Assembly: GCA_045593385.1 (NCBI GenBank) | Contig: JAZNWP010000048.1 | Coordinates: forward strand, 55,212-119,211 | DNA length: 64,000 nt | Source of the DNA: Acutalibacteraceae bacterium | GTDB lineage: Bacteria; Bacillota; Clostridia; Oscillospirales; Acutalibacteraceae | Reading direction: 5' to 3' | Part shown: positions 1 to 11,321 of the stretch, piece after piece | Layout of the letters: the number at the start of each line of letters is the position of its first letter | Position numbering within the stretch: the first letter of the stretch is position 1 | Program-made: the position numbers and the translations under genes | The notes under the pieces: model-generated | Seen by the model: only the letters and a program-made list of their open reading frames with translations | Told to the model about the DNA's origin: nothing | Database searches by the model: none

Positions 1-1176
1 TGGATGTTTCATTCTTTCAATAATAAAATTAATTTCAGCTGCTTTATCTGTATAAAATTGATTAATGCAAACTACAACCGGTATACCATAAGATTTTAAA
101 TTCTTTACATGGCGTTCAAGATTTTTAATTCCTTTCGTTAATGCTTTTAGATTTGGTTCATTCACTTGTTCTTTTGGAACTCCACCATTATATTTTAATG
201 CTTTTGTCGTAGCAACTATTACAATAGCATTTGGTTTTAAATTTCCTAATCGACATTTTATATCAAGGAATTTTTCTGCACCTAAATCTGCTCCAAAACC
301 AGCCTCAGTTACAACATAATCTGCTAATGAAAGACCTAATTTGGTAGCAACAATACTATTACAACCATGCGCTATATTAGCAAAAGGACCTCCATGAATC
401 AAAGCAGGAGTGTGTTCTAATGTTTGAACTAGATTAGGATTGAATGCTTCTTTTAATAGAACTGTCATAGCTCCATTTGCGTTTAAATCTTTGGCATATA
501 TTGGTTCTTCTTTACTATTATATCCTATAATAATATTACCAAGTTTATTATTTAAATCCTCGATACTATTGGCTAAACAAAAAATAGCCATTATTTCGCT
601 CGCAACGGTAATGTCAAATCCATCTTGTCTTGGTACTCCGCTTTTTGGACCGCCAAGACCAGATTCAATTTGTCTTAATTGACGATCATTCATATCCATA
701 CATCTGCGCCAAGTAACTTTTTGAATATCTAATTCATTTCCTTGAAAAATGTGATTATCTATTAAAGCAGCAAGTAAATTATTAGCACTTTCAATAGCAT
801 GTAAATCTCCCGTAAAATGTAAATTAATATCTTCCATTGGGACTACCTAAGAATAACCGCCTCCTGCAGCGCCACCCTTAATTCCAAAAACTGGCCCAAG
901 AGATGGCTCGCGCAAACAAAGAATAGCATTTTCACCAATTTTTCTCAAACCATCAGCAAGACCAATACTCATTGTAGTTTTTCCTTCTCCCAATGGAGTT
1001 GGATTAATTGCGGTAACTAAAATTAATTTACCATTTTTATCACCATAAGCATCATAATTAACTTTTGCTTTATATTTGCCATACATATCATAACTTTCAT
1101 TAGAAAGATTTAGCATATTAGCAATATTTTCAATAGTTTTCATTTTAGAATTTCGAGCAATTTCAATATCTGTCAT
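1..1176 (-). CDS. fhs: formate--tetrahydrofolate ligase (C-terminus lies beyond the window start); in-frame TAG at 847-849
   Basis: ORF 847..1176 carries the TPLGEGKTT signature. The same frame continues below the TAG as [19 protein letters not shown]. The TAG aligns with the Gln of the conserved GGGYAQVVPME motif. Confidence 0.85.
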
Positions 1177-1208
1177 TTATAACTCTCCTTTAAAAAAATT
1201 TTTTAGAT

Positions 1209-1246
1209 AATATATTATACCATTTTTTTCAATAAAAGTCAAATAA
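1209..1246 (-). promoter_or_regulatory. variant copy of the repeated sigma-A-like promoter motif
   Basis: Plus-strand tatattatacc...aaaagtcaaa; read on the minus strand it gives TTGACT-N17-TATAAT upstream of the fhs start at 1176. Confidence 0.45.
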
Positions 1247-1250
1247 AAAA

Positions 1251-1280
1251 AGCCCCGAAGATTATTATAATCTTCGGGGC
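1251..1280 (-). terminator. rho-independent terminator hairpin
   Basis: gccccgaagattattataatcttcggggc followed by a T-run on the minus strand, just downstream of the gene ending at 1287. Confidence 0.6.
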
Positions 1281-1286
1281 ATATAA

Positions 1287-1619
1287 TTAACCTTGTGCGT
1301 TTTCGACTATTTCTTCTACCATCGGGTCATCATCATTAGTCTTAGCATTTAAAAGAGCTAAATCATAAACGATACCACCTTTGGTATTTTCTTTTTCTGA
1401 TTTTTTATAATAAAAAGCCTAACTGACTCCATAAGCCGCCCAGGGACATGATGCCATAGCAACCAACCAAGGCAGCTCACCAAAAAATTGATTATAAATA
1501 CAGAAAAAAGCAAGAACTATAAAAGCTATTGTTACAACCCATAATAAAGCGGATTCTTGTAGCAATAACTTTTTAGAGAACTCTAATTTTTTTTTATTTT
1601 TTTTCTGTTTATTTTTCAT
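1287..1619 (-). CDS. small single-TM membrane protein (possible lysis-associated), in-frame TAG at 1419-1421
   Basis: ORF 1419..1619 continues in frame past the TAG to a TAA at 1287. Its ATG overlaps the endolysin stop (TAATG). One hydrophobic helix. Confidence 0.5.
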
Positions 1620-3499
1620 TATTTTAACTTCTTTGTATATTCAAGAGCAATCCAACCAGCTCCGGATTTTAATTTACCAAATTCATTTTTTTCATCAACA
1701 ATTGTGTATAATTCATACTTACGAACTTGAGTATTTATACGATAATTTGTTCCCGGTCCATTACGCACATTAAGAATATTTGTATCAATTTTTACAATAT
1801 AAGGAACAAAATCTGGATTTGATTTTATTTCTTCTCTTTCTTTATAAAGAACTACCTAATCATATTTAACTGTTCCAGTAATTGCTCCAGTCTTTCTAGT
1901 AGAAACAACAATAGTATCATTTTTACGGATTTCTCTTACATATAATTTATAAGTGTAAAGCCAAGTAGGAACTTTTGCTCCATTAGCATAAACTGCTCCA
2001 TTAATAAAACTTACTTCATCCCCAACTTTATAAGGATTAGTAGCTTCAGGCTCTTGTTCCATTGGTTCAGTAGGATAAATAGCAATACCTTTTGAGTTAT
2101 AAACTTCATATTCTTTTCCAGCTTTATCGCAAGCTTCTTTTGCATTATTTAAATCTGTATAAGCACCAATTTGAGATTTAGCATCTTCCCAAGTCTTACG
2201 AACTCTATACATTTCAACGGGTTCTTTAGTTTCAATCTTATTATCGGATGGAGTATTTACAATTTTATCATTTAATAATGCTGCAACATCATTTCTAACA
2301 TCATCCATATCTTTTCCAAATTTTGGAAACCAATGAAGAACATCCCCATGATTTGATCCTAAACCAAGATTATAAGCATCAGCATGGCATAAAATTGTAG
2401 GAACTTTTACACCATTCATAGATACTGTTCCTTTTGGATCAATATTAAACATATCACACAAATAAGCAGTTAATTCACAGGCTTCTTTATAAATTGCTTC
2501 AAAATATGTTTTATCTTTTAATCCATCTTCGCAGATTTCAAATTGAATCCAACCATTATTACAACTTCCTTTTGGTCCAGAAGCACAACCCCAGGGTTTA
2601 TAATTCCAAGGCATTGATTGGACTGATGCAACTGTTCCATCTGCTAATTTACCAATCCAAGCATTTAAACCAATTTGATTAGTAGTATGATTTAAATCAT
2701 TTTTATAAGAATTAGAACCAAGAATTTTTAACCATTGGTCTCTATCAGCAGCATCGTCACTTGGTTGCACATATCTCTTTAAATTTGGATTGTTTGCTCC
2801 AGTAGAATGCCATAAAACGCCCTTTACTGTCATTTTTGAAGTGTTTTTATAGCAAGGATTTTGAGTTTGCATACACACTAAAGGCTTATTTTTTTCAGAG
2901 TATTTCATTTTCCCATCTTCTTTCGTTATAGTATTTACAATTGGTTTTGTTGTAGTAGTTGTTTTATTAGAAGCATATTTATTATAATAACTTTGTCCAT
3001 AAGATGCTCTTTTTGATTGAGCTGAAATACTTTGATCTGCTGGACGTTCAAATTTTAAAAGAACAGCATTTGATGCTTCTAAAACATTTTTTGCATTTTT
3101 TAAAGTTTTCCATACTGCTGAATATTCAGTAGATAGTTGTTTTTCTAAAAATTCTAATTGCGTTTGTAAATCGCCTACTGATTTATTTTTTTCTTTACAA
3201 AAATCTAATAAATCATCTTTAAGACTCCAATAAGTCCATTGAGCCAATCCATATCCAGCTTGGTCATGGACAAAATTAGTATAAGTTCCATTATCAACAG
3301 CATTAGTGTATTCTTCATCAGACATATTTAATTTTTTTTCATAAGTTTGTTGAAGATTCTTTGGGTTTAAACCAGATTCAACATATAAATTACCAATCAA
3401 TCCAGCAATTCCAAAATCATTTAAACCTGCTTCTTTAAAAAAATCCCAAATAATTTTTTCATTATTCATATTAATATTTACCTCCTTTTTACCCTTCAA
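1619..3499 (-). CDS. endolysin: lysozyme-like N-domain + amidase_2-like domain + C-terminal SH3b, in-frame TAG at 1856-1858
   Basis: ORF 1856..3499 (GLIGNLYVESG lysozyme-like; CHADAYNLGLGSNHGD amidase-like). The frame continues after the TAG into an SH3b-like domain (KIDTNILNVRNGPGTNYRI...) ending at a TAA at 1619. An SD (AGGAGG) precedes the start. Confidence 0.85.
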
Positions 3500-3507
3500 T
3501 AAATAAA

Positions 3508-3530
3508 GACCTCATAGAAATGAGGTCTTT
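3508..3530 (-). terminator. hairpin terminator
   Basis: agacctcatagaaatgaggtct between the PhoH stop and the endolysin SD. Confidence 0.5.
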
Positions 3531-3535
3531 TATAA

Positions 3536-4783
3536 TTACATATTTTCTGCGATTAAAGCAATTTTTGAACGATGAATATTTTTAAGAGTGACTTCACCAT
3601 ATACATCTTTTCCTCGATATACTTTTGAAGCACGCTTCATACCATTATTACTTCCAGCGAAATGAATGTCATCAACTTGAGTTTTACAGTCTCCATCTAT
3701 AATACAAATACTATCTTCACCGATTCTCTGTAAAGTTAATTTCATTAAATCAATGTCAAGGTTTTGCGCTTCTGATATATATATGCCAGCACGCATTCCA
3801 GTAGTGTCATATCCTCTAATATCAGATAAAGGTAATAATACTAATTTTTCTTCTTGAATCATTTGCTCTACCAGCACTCTTCCGCCGAATTTACTAATTA
3901 AAAGATTGCCGATTTGCGAATCTAGGAGTTTCTCATCTCGTGTTCCGGGATAATAACCAAGACGCGCAGAATTCTTTGTTGCGATAGTATTACAAAAAAC
4001 TATAATTTTATCTATTTGATGCTTTTCAAGTTTATGTATTAAGAAGCCTAGACTAAGAAATGTTTTGCCTGAACCTGCTGGCCCTTTAACTAAAGTGATC
4101 TAATTATTTTCAAGGCTATCCGCAACAAGAGATTGATATTGATCACCTTTTATTGGTTTCACTTCACCAAATAGTCGAGAATTAAAATTTTTATAATTCA
4201 AATGTCTATGTTCAGTGCCGTTCCAGCATAATCGGTCTACACATTCTTTAGTATTTAAATCATAAACTAATAAATATTGATTTAAATACAAATCAAATAT
4301 ATTTTGATTAAGATTAGAATATAAATTATTCATTTCTTCTTCATTCAAATAGACTTCTTTATACCCATCATAATCATAATCTTCTTCAATTATTTTTTCA
4401 GTTGTAAAATACATACTTGCGATATGACGACAAATTAAATCATTAGAAACAAAAATAACTTCATCTTCTGGATGAGTAATCTAAAAATGTCTAGCACAAG
4501 CAATTATTTTAGCATCATTGGTTAAACTAATACCATCTTCTAACATTAAATCTCCATATAGATCATTGTACAAAATAATAGTAAAATCTCCATAATGAGC
4601 GTCAAAATCTTGGAGAACTCGTCTAGCCGCACATTTTACAGACACATCTTTATTTGAAGTAGTTTTTATATTTTCTAATTCTTCTAAAGTAATAGAAGTA
4701 ATTAATAATTTATAACTATCATCTTCAAATAAATGGCCTGCCTATTCCAATAAACTGCAAGTATCATAACATTTAAATGTCAT
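3536..4783 (-). CDS. phoH: PhoH2-type protein (N-terminal PIN domain + PhoH ATPase) with three in-frame TAGs (4742, 4481, 4100)
   Basis: Walker A GPAGSGKT lies in the read-through region. ORFs 3536..3877 and 4100..4414 and an upstream PIN segment are all in one frame, separated only by TAG. Confidence 0.85.
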
Positions 4784-4785
4784 AT

Positions 4786-5043
4786 TTAATCATCCTTTTC
4801 TTTATTTTCTTCTGAATCTTGAAATCCTATTGTTGATGATTTACTAATTTTTTTGTCTGATAAGATTTCATCTTGATTCATTTTAATTTCATATTGATTA
4901 ATAATATCTTTCCATTTTGTCCTTTTGGCTTCTATATATATCAAAAATAATGAACCTAAACTTTCAAGACAAGGAACAAGATACTATATAAACAATATTC
5001 CCAGGATAAAAAATAGTAATTCCATATATTTTCTCCTTATATA
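4786..5043 (-). CDS. small membrane protein, one in-frame TAG
   Basis: SD (AAGGAG) + ATG; MELLFFILGILFI-TAG-YLVPCLE...; only continuous if TAG is read. Confidence 0.4.
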
Positions 5044-5059
5044 TTATAAAAAATAAAGA

Positions 5060-5479
5060 TTAGTTATTGACTTTTTTTGACCTAATTCGTTTATAGAATT
5101 TATCTTTTTCATTGATATATTCTTTTAAGAACTTTTTTTCTTCTGCGATGGCATCATTAATGTTTTCTAATTCTTTTTCTAATGCTTTTAATTGATTTCT
5201 TAACATACTACTTTCATAATTTCTAGGATTATGATATTTACTTGATTGAATATTTCCCAATAAATGTTTTAAAATTTTAATTTGAGATTTAATTTCTCTA
5301 TCTCTTTTAAATTGTAAATATTGAATATTGGCTCGAACTTCTGCTATTTGAAGTCCAGTTTTTTCACTCTAAAAATCTTCGTCATCTGGATGACATCGCG
5401 CTTCTCCCAAAAAAACTACTTGTTCATAATGAATTATACAAGATGCATATCCATTATTATAATTAAATTCATATTTCAT
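5060..5479 (-). CDS. hypothetical coiled-coil protein, in-frame TAG at 5369-5371
   Basis: ORF 5060..5260 extends in frame upstream through the TAG to an ATG at 5479 (MKYEFNYNNGY...). Confidence 0.5.
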
Positions 5480-5493
5480 ATAATATCTCCTTT

Positions 5494-5540
5494 AAATTAA
5501 TTTTATAATAATATTATACCCAAAAAAAAAGAAAAAGTCA
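5494..5540 (-). promoter_or_regulatory. degenerate copy of the repeated promoter motif
   Basis: ataatattatacc...aaaaagtcaaa upstream of the gene starting at 5479. Confidence 0.35.
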
Positions 5541-5741
5541 AATTTGGACAATTTGAGAAAAAAATTCCTATAGGCGATTTTTAACCCAGCTTCGGTTGGC
5601 GCGACTTGCACGAGAAATAGCCCTAGGAGAAAACTCCTAAGGCTATGTATTTTATATTTTTATATATGATTATACCAAATTATTGTAAGAGCTGAGGCTG
5701 CAATCGCACCAAGGATAGGAAGTGCAGCTACCAAAATTATC

Positions 5742-7265
5742 TCATTCATTATTGGCAACCTTGCCGCCAATGAAACCTGCCAAAAGACTCTTTACATCAA
5801 TACCAAGAGATTCAGACAATCCTTCGGAAATTTGAGTAGCAGTACTCATAATGTTTCCTGCCAACTGATTAGAATCATTTCCAATCATAACAATCTTGTC
5901 TACGCCTTGGTATCCTTCACCAATGGCACGAGCGATTTCAGGCAACTGAGAGAAATATGTTTTAATAGCATCAATCTGCATATCTGCCATTGCAGCTTCG
6001 CCATACTGTTTCATTGCTTCTGCTTTCTCACGAAGACCATCAGCTTCAGCCTGAAGTTTTGCTTTAATTGCTACGGCTTCAGCTTCACCCTTTGCTTGTG
6101 CGGCAGCGGCTTCTGCTTCACCCTGAGCTCTTACAGCATCTGCAAGTGCTTTCTTTGCCGCAGCTTCTGCTTCAGCGAGCGCAAGGTCTGCTTCTGCTTT
6201 CTTTTCTGCTTCAATTTTAGCAGCTTCAGCCTGACGCTGACGCTCGAAGAGGTCAGCTTCCGCAGCCTTCTGAGTAGCATAAAGTCTTGCGTCTGCTTCC
6301 TGCTGTTCAGCGTATTTCTTTGCTTCAGCAGTCTTTTTAATTTCTGCTTCAAGAGCCTTTTCTTTAATAGCAACCGCACGTTCCTGAAGTTCAATTTCCT
6401 TTTCCTGACGAGCAAGGTTAGCGTTAGCAGTTGCGATTTCCTGCTCACGTCTCTGGTTTTCTGCTTCGATCTGCTTTGCAGCGTCAGCTTTAGCCTGTTC
6501 TGTATCAGCCTGTTTTTGGAGTTCTGCTTTCTTCACTGCGAATTCTGTCTGCTTACGAGCAATTTCAGTAGCAGCCGCAACCTTAGCATCATTAGCAGCT
6601 TTGTCAGCTTCTGCTTGAGCGATAGCAACTTCTGCTTTTGCTTTAGCAGCAGCAATAGAGGCTTCTTTCTTAATTTTTTCAGTATTTTCAATACCAAGGT
6701 CTTGAATTACACCATTTTTATCAGAGTAGTTCTGAATATTAAATGTAGTAAGATCAATACCAAGGTCTGCCAAATTGGGCGTTACGTTATCCATAACCAA
6801 TTCAGAAAATGCTTTCTTGTCGCCACGAATAAGGTCTTCAAAGTTGGTTTGAGAAATAATTTCACGAATATTACCTTCAAGGACAGGAATTACAATATTT
6901 TGAATCTGTTCAATAGAATATCCTGCGAATTTACTTGCGGCAATCTTCTGACGTTCAGGATCTTGAGAGATAGCCATATTAGCAACAGCATCTACCAAAA
7001 TGTGAATAGCATCTTTTGTAGGAATTTCATTTCGAGAAGTAAAATCAACTTGGATATTTTCAAGTGTCATTCTCTGTGTCTTCTGGATAATAGGCAATAC
7101 AAAAATGCCACCACCAGTTTTTGTTTTTACTTTACCGAAACCAGATACAATAAGAACTTCATTGGTTCCTGCAACTTTCCAACAACTTTTAATTGCAATT
7201 GCAATAATAACAATTGCTGCAACCGCAACACCAACACCAATAAGAATAGGGATCAAAGTACTCAT
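5742..7265 (-). CDS. SPFH / flotillin-like (band 7) membrane protein
   Basis: N-terminal TM helix, SPFH domain, then a long Ala/Glu/Lys-rich coiled coil typical of flotillin/YqiK. Confidence 0.85.
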   Translation of the reverse strand: MSTLIPILIGVGVAVAAIVIIAIAIKSCWKVAGTNEVLIVSGFGKVKTKTGGGIFVLPIIQKTQRMTLENIQVDFTSRNEIPTKDAIHILVDAVANMAISQDPERQKIAASKFAGYSIEQIQNIVIPVLEGNIREIISQTNFEDLIRGDKKAFSELVMDNVTPNLADLGIDLTTFNIQNYSDKNGVIQDLGIENTEKIKKEASIAAAKAKAEVAIAQAEADKAANDAKVAAATEIARKQTEFAVKKAELQKQADTEQAKADAAKQIEAENQRREQEIATANANLARQEKEIELQERAVAIKEKALEAEIKKTAEAKKYAEQQEADARLYATQKAAEADLFERQRQAEAAKIEAEKKAEADLALAEAEAAAKKALADAVRAQGEAEAAAAQAKGEAEAVAIKAKLQAEADGLREKAEAMKQYGEAAMADMQIDAIKTYFSQLPEIARAIGEGYQGVDKIVMIGNDSNQLAGNIMSTATQISEGLSESLGIDVKSLLAGFIGGKVANNE

Positions 7266-7326
7266 TTAATTTTTCTCCTTTAATTATATTATATTTTTAA
7301 ATATTTATTTTTTAAAATTTTTTAAT

Positions 7327-7599
7327 TTATGTATGATACTCATACTTGACAAGCCAATAGATTTTTCTTCCATCACGATACCTTACTGCGTGATCATCAT
7401 ACCAACCTTTATCAAGTTTTCGGATGGCTTCCATAGCTTCGTCTCGATTTTTATAAACTGGTTCTTCATGAAAAACTAATCCTCCATGATACCCACTACT
7501 ACTTTCTTGTGGGTCAAATGCGAAAGAATTTAAGTCTTTCAAGATTTTGTGCTACGAAACAGAACAATGATAATCTTCGTACCCAATACAATGACTCAT
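7327..7599 (-). CDS. hypothetical protein, in-frame TAG at 7554-7556
   Basis: SD + ATG at 7599 overlapping the upstream stop (TAATG); in frame through the TAG into ORF 7327..7542. Confidence 0.5.
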
Positions 7600-8156
7600 T
7601 AAAGCATCTCCTTACATTCTTTTACTTTATTTTTAATTTCTTCAATAATATCATCCAAGAGAACTGGACAATTATTATGTGAATCAAGACCAACATGATA
7701 CATAAAAGGAATATCTTGATAAAAATTAAACTGCTGATGAGTATGTCCATACAAGTTAATCAAACATTGATGAAGACTTTCCGCCTCAAGATTTCCTGTC
7801 ATGGTGGGGAAATGAGAAAGATAAAAATTATATTTTCGATATTTAATCACTTCCGCCCAACGATGAATTTCAAGATTAAGATTTTCATACAAAGTTTTAC
7901 GAGCATCTGTATCATGATTTCCATAAATAATATGAAGATGACCATTAAGTCTTTTGATACATTCAATACCATGCTCATTGTTATTAAGCATTAAATCTCC
8001 AAGAATATAAACTTCATCTTCTGGCTCTACAATAGAATTCCAATTTTTAATTACTGCTTCATCATGGTCTTCGATATTTTCAAAACCTCGAGGAGCATAT
8101 AAAAAACCTCTATCATGTCCGAAGTGAAGATCACTTGTCATAAAAATTCTACTCAT
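7599..8156 (-). CDS. calcineurin-like metallophosphoesterase (Pnkp phosphatase-like)
   Basis: DLHFGH / GDL..N / GNHD metallophosphatase motifs; directly downstream of the P-loop kinase. Confidence 0.7.
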   Translation of the reverse strand: MSRIFMTSDLHFGHDRGFLYAPRGFENIEDHDEAVIKNWNSIVEPEDEVYILGDLMLNNNEHGIECIKRLNGHLHIIYGNHDTDARKTLYENLNLEIHRWAEVIKYRKYNFYLSHFPTMTGNLEAESLHQCLINLYGHTHQQFNFYQDIPFMYHVGLDSHNNCPVLLDDIIEEIKNKVKECKEML

Positions 8157-8657
8157 TTAAGGCGCCTCCCTTGTTTCTCCATTTTCATTAACGATATAAA
8201 TATGATTAAATTTTTCATCATAATCAGGATATTTATATCCTTTAAACATATTGTCAATTGCGGACGCTGGAACGCACTCTCTGCCGGACCGCATTGAATT
8301 TCTTATCTGACATACTTCACGTCTTACATTAAACCACACACAATTCAATTCTTCAACATTTTTCATATTGATTCTTGAAGTTGTCTTATATCGAGACTTT
8401 TTATTGATATGAGTAGCGTCAACAAAAATTTCTTCGATATTAGGATCTTCCAAAGTCTGATTTATATAAGCAATAAAAATATCAAACACTTCATCTTCAT
8501 GAGAGAAGTATTCTTCATCTTCCTTTACAATAGAAAATCTTACTTTATCTCGTGAAATCCATTCACTATGAGGCGTCATATGCTCTTTAATCCAAGTGCT
8601 CTTACCCGAGGCGGGAGGACCGGATAACAGATAAACTTTCTTCTTTTTCATTTTCAT
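8157..8657 (-). CDS. P-loop polynucleotide-kinase-like protein
   Basis: LLSGPPASGKST Walker A; AAA_33/Pnk-like; adjacent to the phosphoesterase. Confidence 0.7.
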   Translation of the reverse strand: MKMKKKKVYLLSGPPASGKSTWIKEHMTPHSEWISRDKVRFSIVKEDEEYFSHEDEVFDIFIAYINQTLEDPNIEEIFVDATHINKKSRYKTTSRINMKNVEELNCVWFNVRREVCQIRNSMRSGRECVPASAIDNMFKGYKYPDYDEKFNHIYIVNENGETREAP

Positions 8658-8877
8658 ACACCCCATTATTAAAATTAATTTTAAATTCTTCTACTTCCCA
8701 AGGAGTCTTACATTCAATATGATTTACAGTTTCTTTACAAAAAGGACAATACAATTTTTTTCTATGAAATTTACTGCGTTGTTGACCTCGATTTCGCATA
8801 ATACTAATGCCTTTTGAACCGCAATTGATACAATAGAAATTATGTTCTGAAAAATTTCTTGTAGAACCTTTTCCCAT
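8602..8877 (-). CDS. zinc-ribbon protein
   Basis: CINCGS...CPFC cysteine pairs; overlaps the kinase start region. Confidence 0.4.
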   Translation of the reverse strand: MGKGSTRNFSEHNFYCINCGSKGISIMRNRGQQRSKFHRKKLYCPFCKETVNHIECKTPWEVEEFKINFNNGVYENEKEESLSVIRSSRLG

Positions 8878-8887
8878 ATGATTTACC

Positions 8888-9106
8888 TCAATTAGAAGAT
8901 ACAGAAAGATTAGTTCCTTTAAAAAGCAAATGACAAAGCCAATTAATACCGAACATAGTCCAATAATTATCTATTACTGGGATTTGCGGAAAAACATTTA
9001 CAAGAACATCATTCCACAGCCAAAGTTCAATAAATGGAACCAAAAATAAAGAAACAATCGCCATTACAATTAAACTACCACAACCAGTAGCAAGTTTCTT
9101 ATCCAT
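8888..9106 (-). CDS. small membrane protein
   Basis: ORF with two hydrophobic segments; the promoter motif lies upstream. Confidence 0.4.
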   Translation of the reverse strand: MDKKLATGCGSLIVMAIVSLFLVPFIELWLWNDVLVNVFPQIPVIDNYWTMFGINWLCHLLFKGTNLSVSSN

Positions 9107-9130
9107 ATTTATTATTTCCTTTCTTTATTA

Positions 9131-9167
9131 TATATATATTATAACATATTTTTTATAAAAAATCAAT
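9131..9167 (-). promoter_or_regulatory. repeated promoter motif (TTGATT-N17-TGTTATAAT on the minus strand)
   Basis: Plus-strand tatatatattataacatattttttataaaaaatcaa; gene start 25 nt downstream on the minus strand. Confidence 0.6.
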
Positions 9168-9294
9168 TATTATCTTTTTCGTAGATATTGAAAATAAATT
9201 CTTCCCAAGTGTTAAGGTTAATTAGTACACACTCTTCGATCCAGACAATGCCACAACCAATACACAATTTTCGTTCATTAACATGACATTTCTT

Positions 9295-9705
9295 TCATTC
9301 AACAGATATAAAATAATCTTTAACAGCAAATAATTGGGAATAAACAATATTCGCTTTGTAATAATTTAAAACCCAAATAATAATATTCATTTTAAATGGA
9401 TTGCTCATCAATTCAGGTTTAAACTCATCAGATTGAATAAAATCTAATAAATTATCAAATTTATATAAAAATTCTGAATCATAATATTCTGCGATTCTTT
9501 GAATAGGATAATTAGTAAAAAGTAAAGCAACTTTTAAATCACAAGATTTATATTCAAAATTTGAGTAAATAAGTTCTTTGAAAAAATTGGGAAAGGTTTT
9601 ATTTACTTCTTCAATTGCTGTGGTTAGATATGATTCAGCAGGAATATCAACTAACTGTTTATACTCCTTATTTTCATAATCTGTAAAACATAAATTCAAT
9701 TTCAT
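9295..9705 (-). CDS. hypothetical protein
   Basis: ORF, no recognisable domain. Confidence 0.5.
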   Translation of the reverse strand: MKLNLCFTDYENKEYKQLVDIPAESYLTTAIEEVNKTFPNFFKELIYSNFEYKSCDLKVALLFTNYPIQRIAEYYDSEFLYKFDNLLDFIQSDEFKPELMSNPFKMNIIIWVLNYYKANIVYSQLFAVKDYFISVE

Positions 9706-9971
9706 ACGTTCACCAGTTCCCCTAAGCCAGAAGAATAAGTCAACTTTTTATTAGTACAATTCAAAGTTTCTTTATTCTTATAATTATAATTATCTTTTTT
9801 TACTATTGAAATTCCATTCTTTTCACAGAACCAATCATAATCTTCTTCAATTTCTATTAGCCATTCTTTTAAAAAGTTATATGCTGATTGCTCAGTTTCA
9901 AAATATAACACTTTACGATTCCAAATCAAAGGAAAATCGTCTGAATTAACTATATACCATTTCTCTTCCAT
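9702..9971 (-). CDS. hypothetical protein
   Basis: SD (GGAGAGG) + ATG at 9971 (MEEKWYIVNSDDF), downstream of the promoter motif. Confidence 0.5.
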   Translation of the reverse strand: MEEKWYIVNSDDFPLIWNRKVLYFETEQSAYNFLKEWLIEIEEDYDWFCEKNGISIVKKDNYNYKNKETLNCTNKKLTYSSGLGELVNV

Positions 9972-9995
9972 GCAAATCCTCTCCTTTTTCTTTTC

Positions 9996-10031
9996 TATAT
10001 ATATTATAACATATTTTTTTATAAAAATCAA
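9996..10031 (-). promoter_or_regulatory. repeated promoter motif
   Basis: ctatatatattataacatatttttttataaaaatcaaa. Confidence 0.6.
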
Positions 10032-10032
10032 A

Positions 10033-10055
10033 TAGACCTCTTTGAAAGAGGTCTA
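10033..10055 (-). terminator. hairpin terminator
   Basis: agacctctttgaaagaggtct directly after the NADAR gene stop. Confidence 0.5.
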
Positions 10056-10059
10056 TTGA

Positions 10060-10497
10060 TTACATTAATTCAGAACGAACTTTCATGAGAAGTTTACCAA
10101 GTTTATTTTTTCCAGGAATGTCTTTACATTTTTCACAAGTACAATTTCCCCATTCATTATCATGCCAAGTTGTTCCTTCAATTAGAATTGCGGATTGAGT
10201 TGCGCGAAGACCTTCTCTGAATTCAGGAATCCTGAACTTTAAGCGCAGACCTTCCAGCATAACTTCTTCTTTAACTTCTTCCCAATCTGGACGGAGCTTG
10301 ACTGAGCGACCGCGTCGTTTGGCTTCGCCGGGCGTAGGCGCTTCCGCAATCCATTTTCGTTGTTTAATATCCAAAGTTTTCATTGCTTGAAAGAAATGTT
10401 CCACTGTTGGATAAAAAATAAATTCATGACAAATTAAAGAATCTTGAAAATTACTTAAAAAAGCATACTATCCTTCAAATTTATCAATTTTAGTTTT
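10060..10497 (-). CDS. NADAR (YbiA-like) domain protein, in-frame TAG
   Basis: ORF 10060..10404 extends upstream through the TAG to SD + ATG. The N-terminus is FEG-TAG-YAFLSNF...EHFFQA, the canonical NADAR start. Confidence 0.75.
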
Positions 10498-10514
10498 TAT
10501 AGTTTTTACTATCA

Positions 10515-11321
10515 TTAAAAATATCCTCCACAAAGCTCTCCATCTTCATTAAGCATAAGTCTATTAGGATGGGGTATAGAGCGTATTATTTTTTGCTTAT
10601 GATGAGCATTTTTTCTTAATGCCATTAATTTTTCATAGTCTTCCATTTTTTCTGGAAATTTTCGATTTCTGATATAATTATCAATAATTTTATAGGTAAG
10701 ACCGATTTTTTCTTCATCAGTCTTTCCGGACATTCCATCGGCGGGTGCTTTATGAACAAGATGGAAAGGTAGTTTTAGAGCATCTCCAAGTTCAAGAATT
10801 TCTGTTACAGTAAAATCCTGTAAAAGAGAGAAATCTCCCGCACAATCTCCAAATTTAGTTGTATAGCCAATTTCTGCTTCGGATGCGTTTCCAGTATGGC
10901 ATACTCTTCCACCAATAAGACTGGCAACTGCGTATAGAGTAGTCATGCGAATGCGAGCAGGAGTATTGGTCCAATAGATATCATTATCATCTCGAAGTTC
11001 AAAGAGTTCTTCAGGAAGCTCCAAAGTAAGAGCAGACATCGTAGTTTCAATATTAATTTCATAATATTTTATACCAAGATGCTCACAAACTTCATAAGAG
11101 TTATGAATATCTACCTGTCTACCATTTGGCATCAATACTCCGATAACTCTATCGGGACCAAGAGCTTTTACAAGGAGTGCGGCCGCAACTGTAGAATCTT
11201 TACCACCGGAAATACCAATAACTGCTTTGGTGTTAGGATTTCCATTATTGACAAAATAAGTTTTTATCCAATTAACAATATTATCAATTTGTTTATCTGC
11301 GTGAAAACATACTTTTTCCAT
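10515..11321 (-). CDS. nadE: NH3-dependent NAD+ synthetase
   Basis: GISGGKDST PP-loop; NadE-like throughout. Confidence 0.85.
   Translation of the reverse strand: MEKVCFHADKQIDNIVNWIKTYFVNNGNPNTKAVIGISGGKDSTVAAALLVKALGPDRVIGVLMPNGRQVDIHNSYEVCEHLGIKYYEINIETTMSALTLELPEELFELRDDNDIYWTNTPARIRMTTLYAVASLIGGRVCHTGNASEAEIGYTTKFGDCAGDFSLLQDFTVTEILELGDALKLPFHLVHKAPADGMSGKTDEEKIGLTYKIIDNYIRNRKFPEKMEDYEKLMALRKNAHHKQKIIRSIPHPNRLMLNEDGELCGGYF

Noticed and set aside
5832-7283. 483-aa plus-strand ORF rich in Cys/Phe/Ser
   Set aside because: It is antisense to the flotillin coiled-coil region. It arises from the low-complexity GCT/GCA/GAA repeats on the other strand and has no start context.
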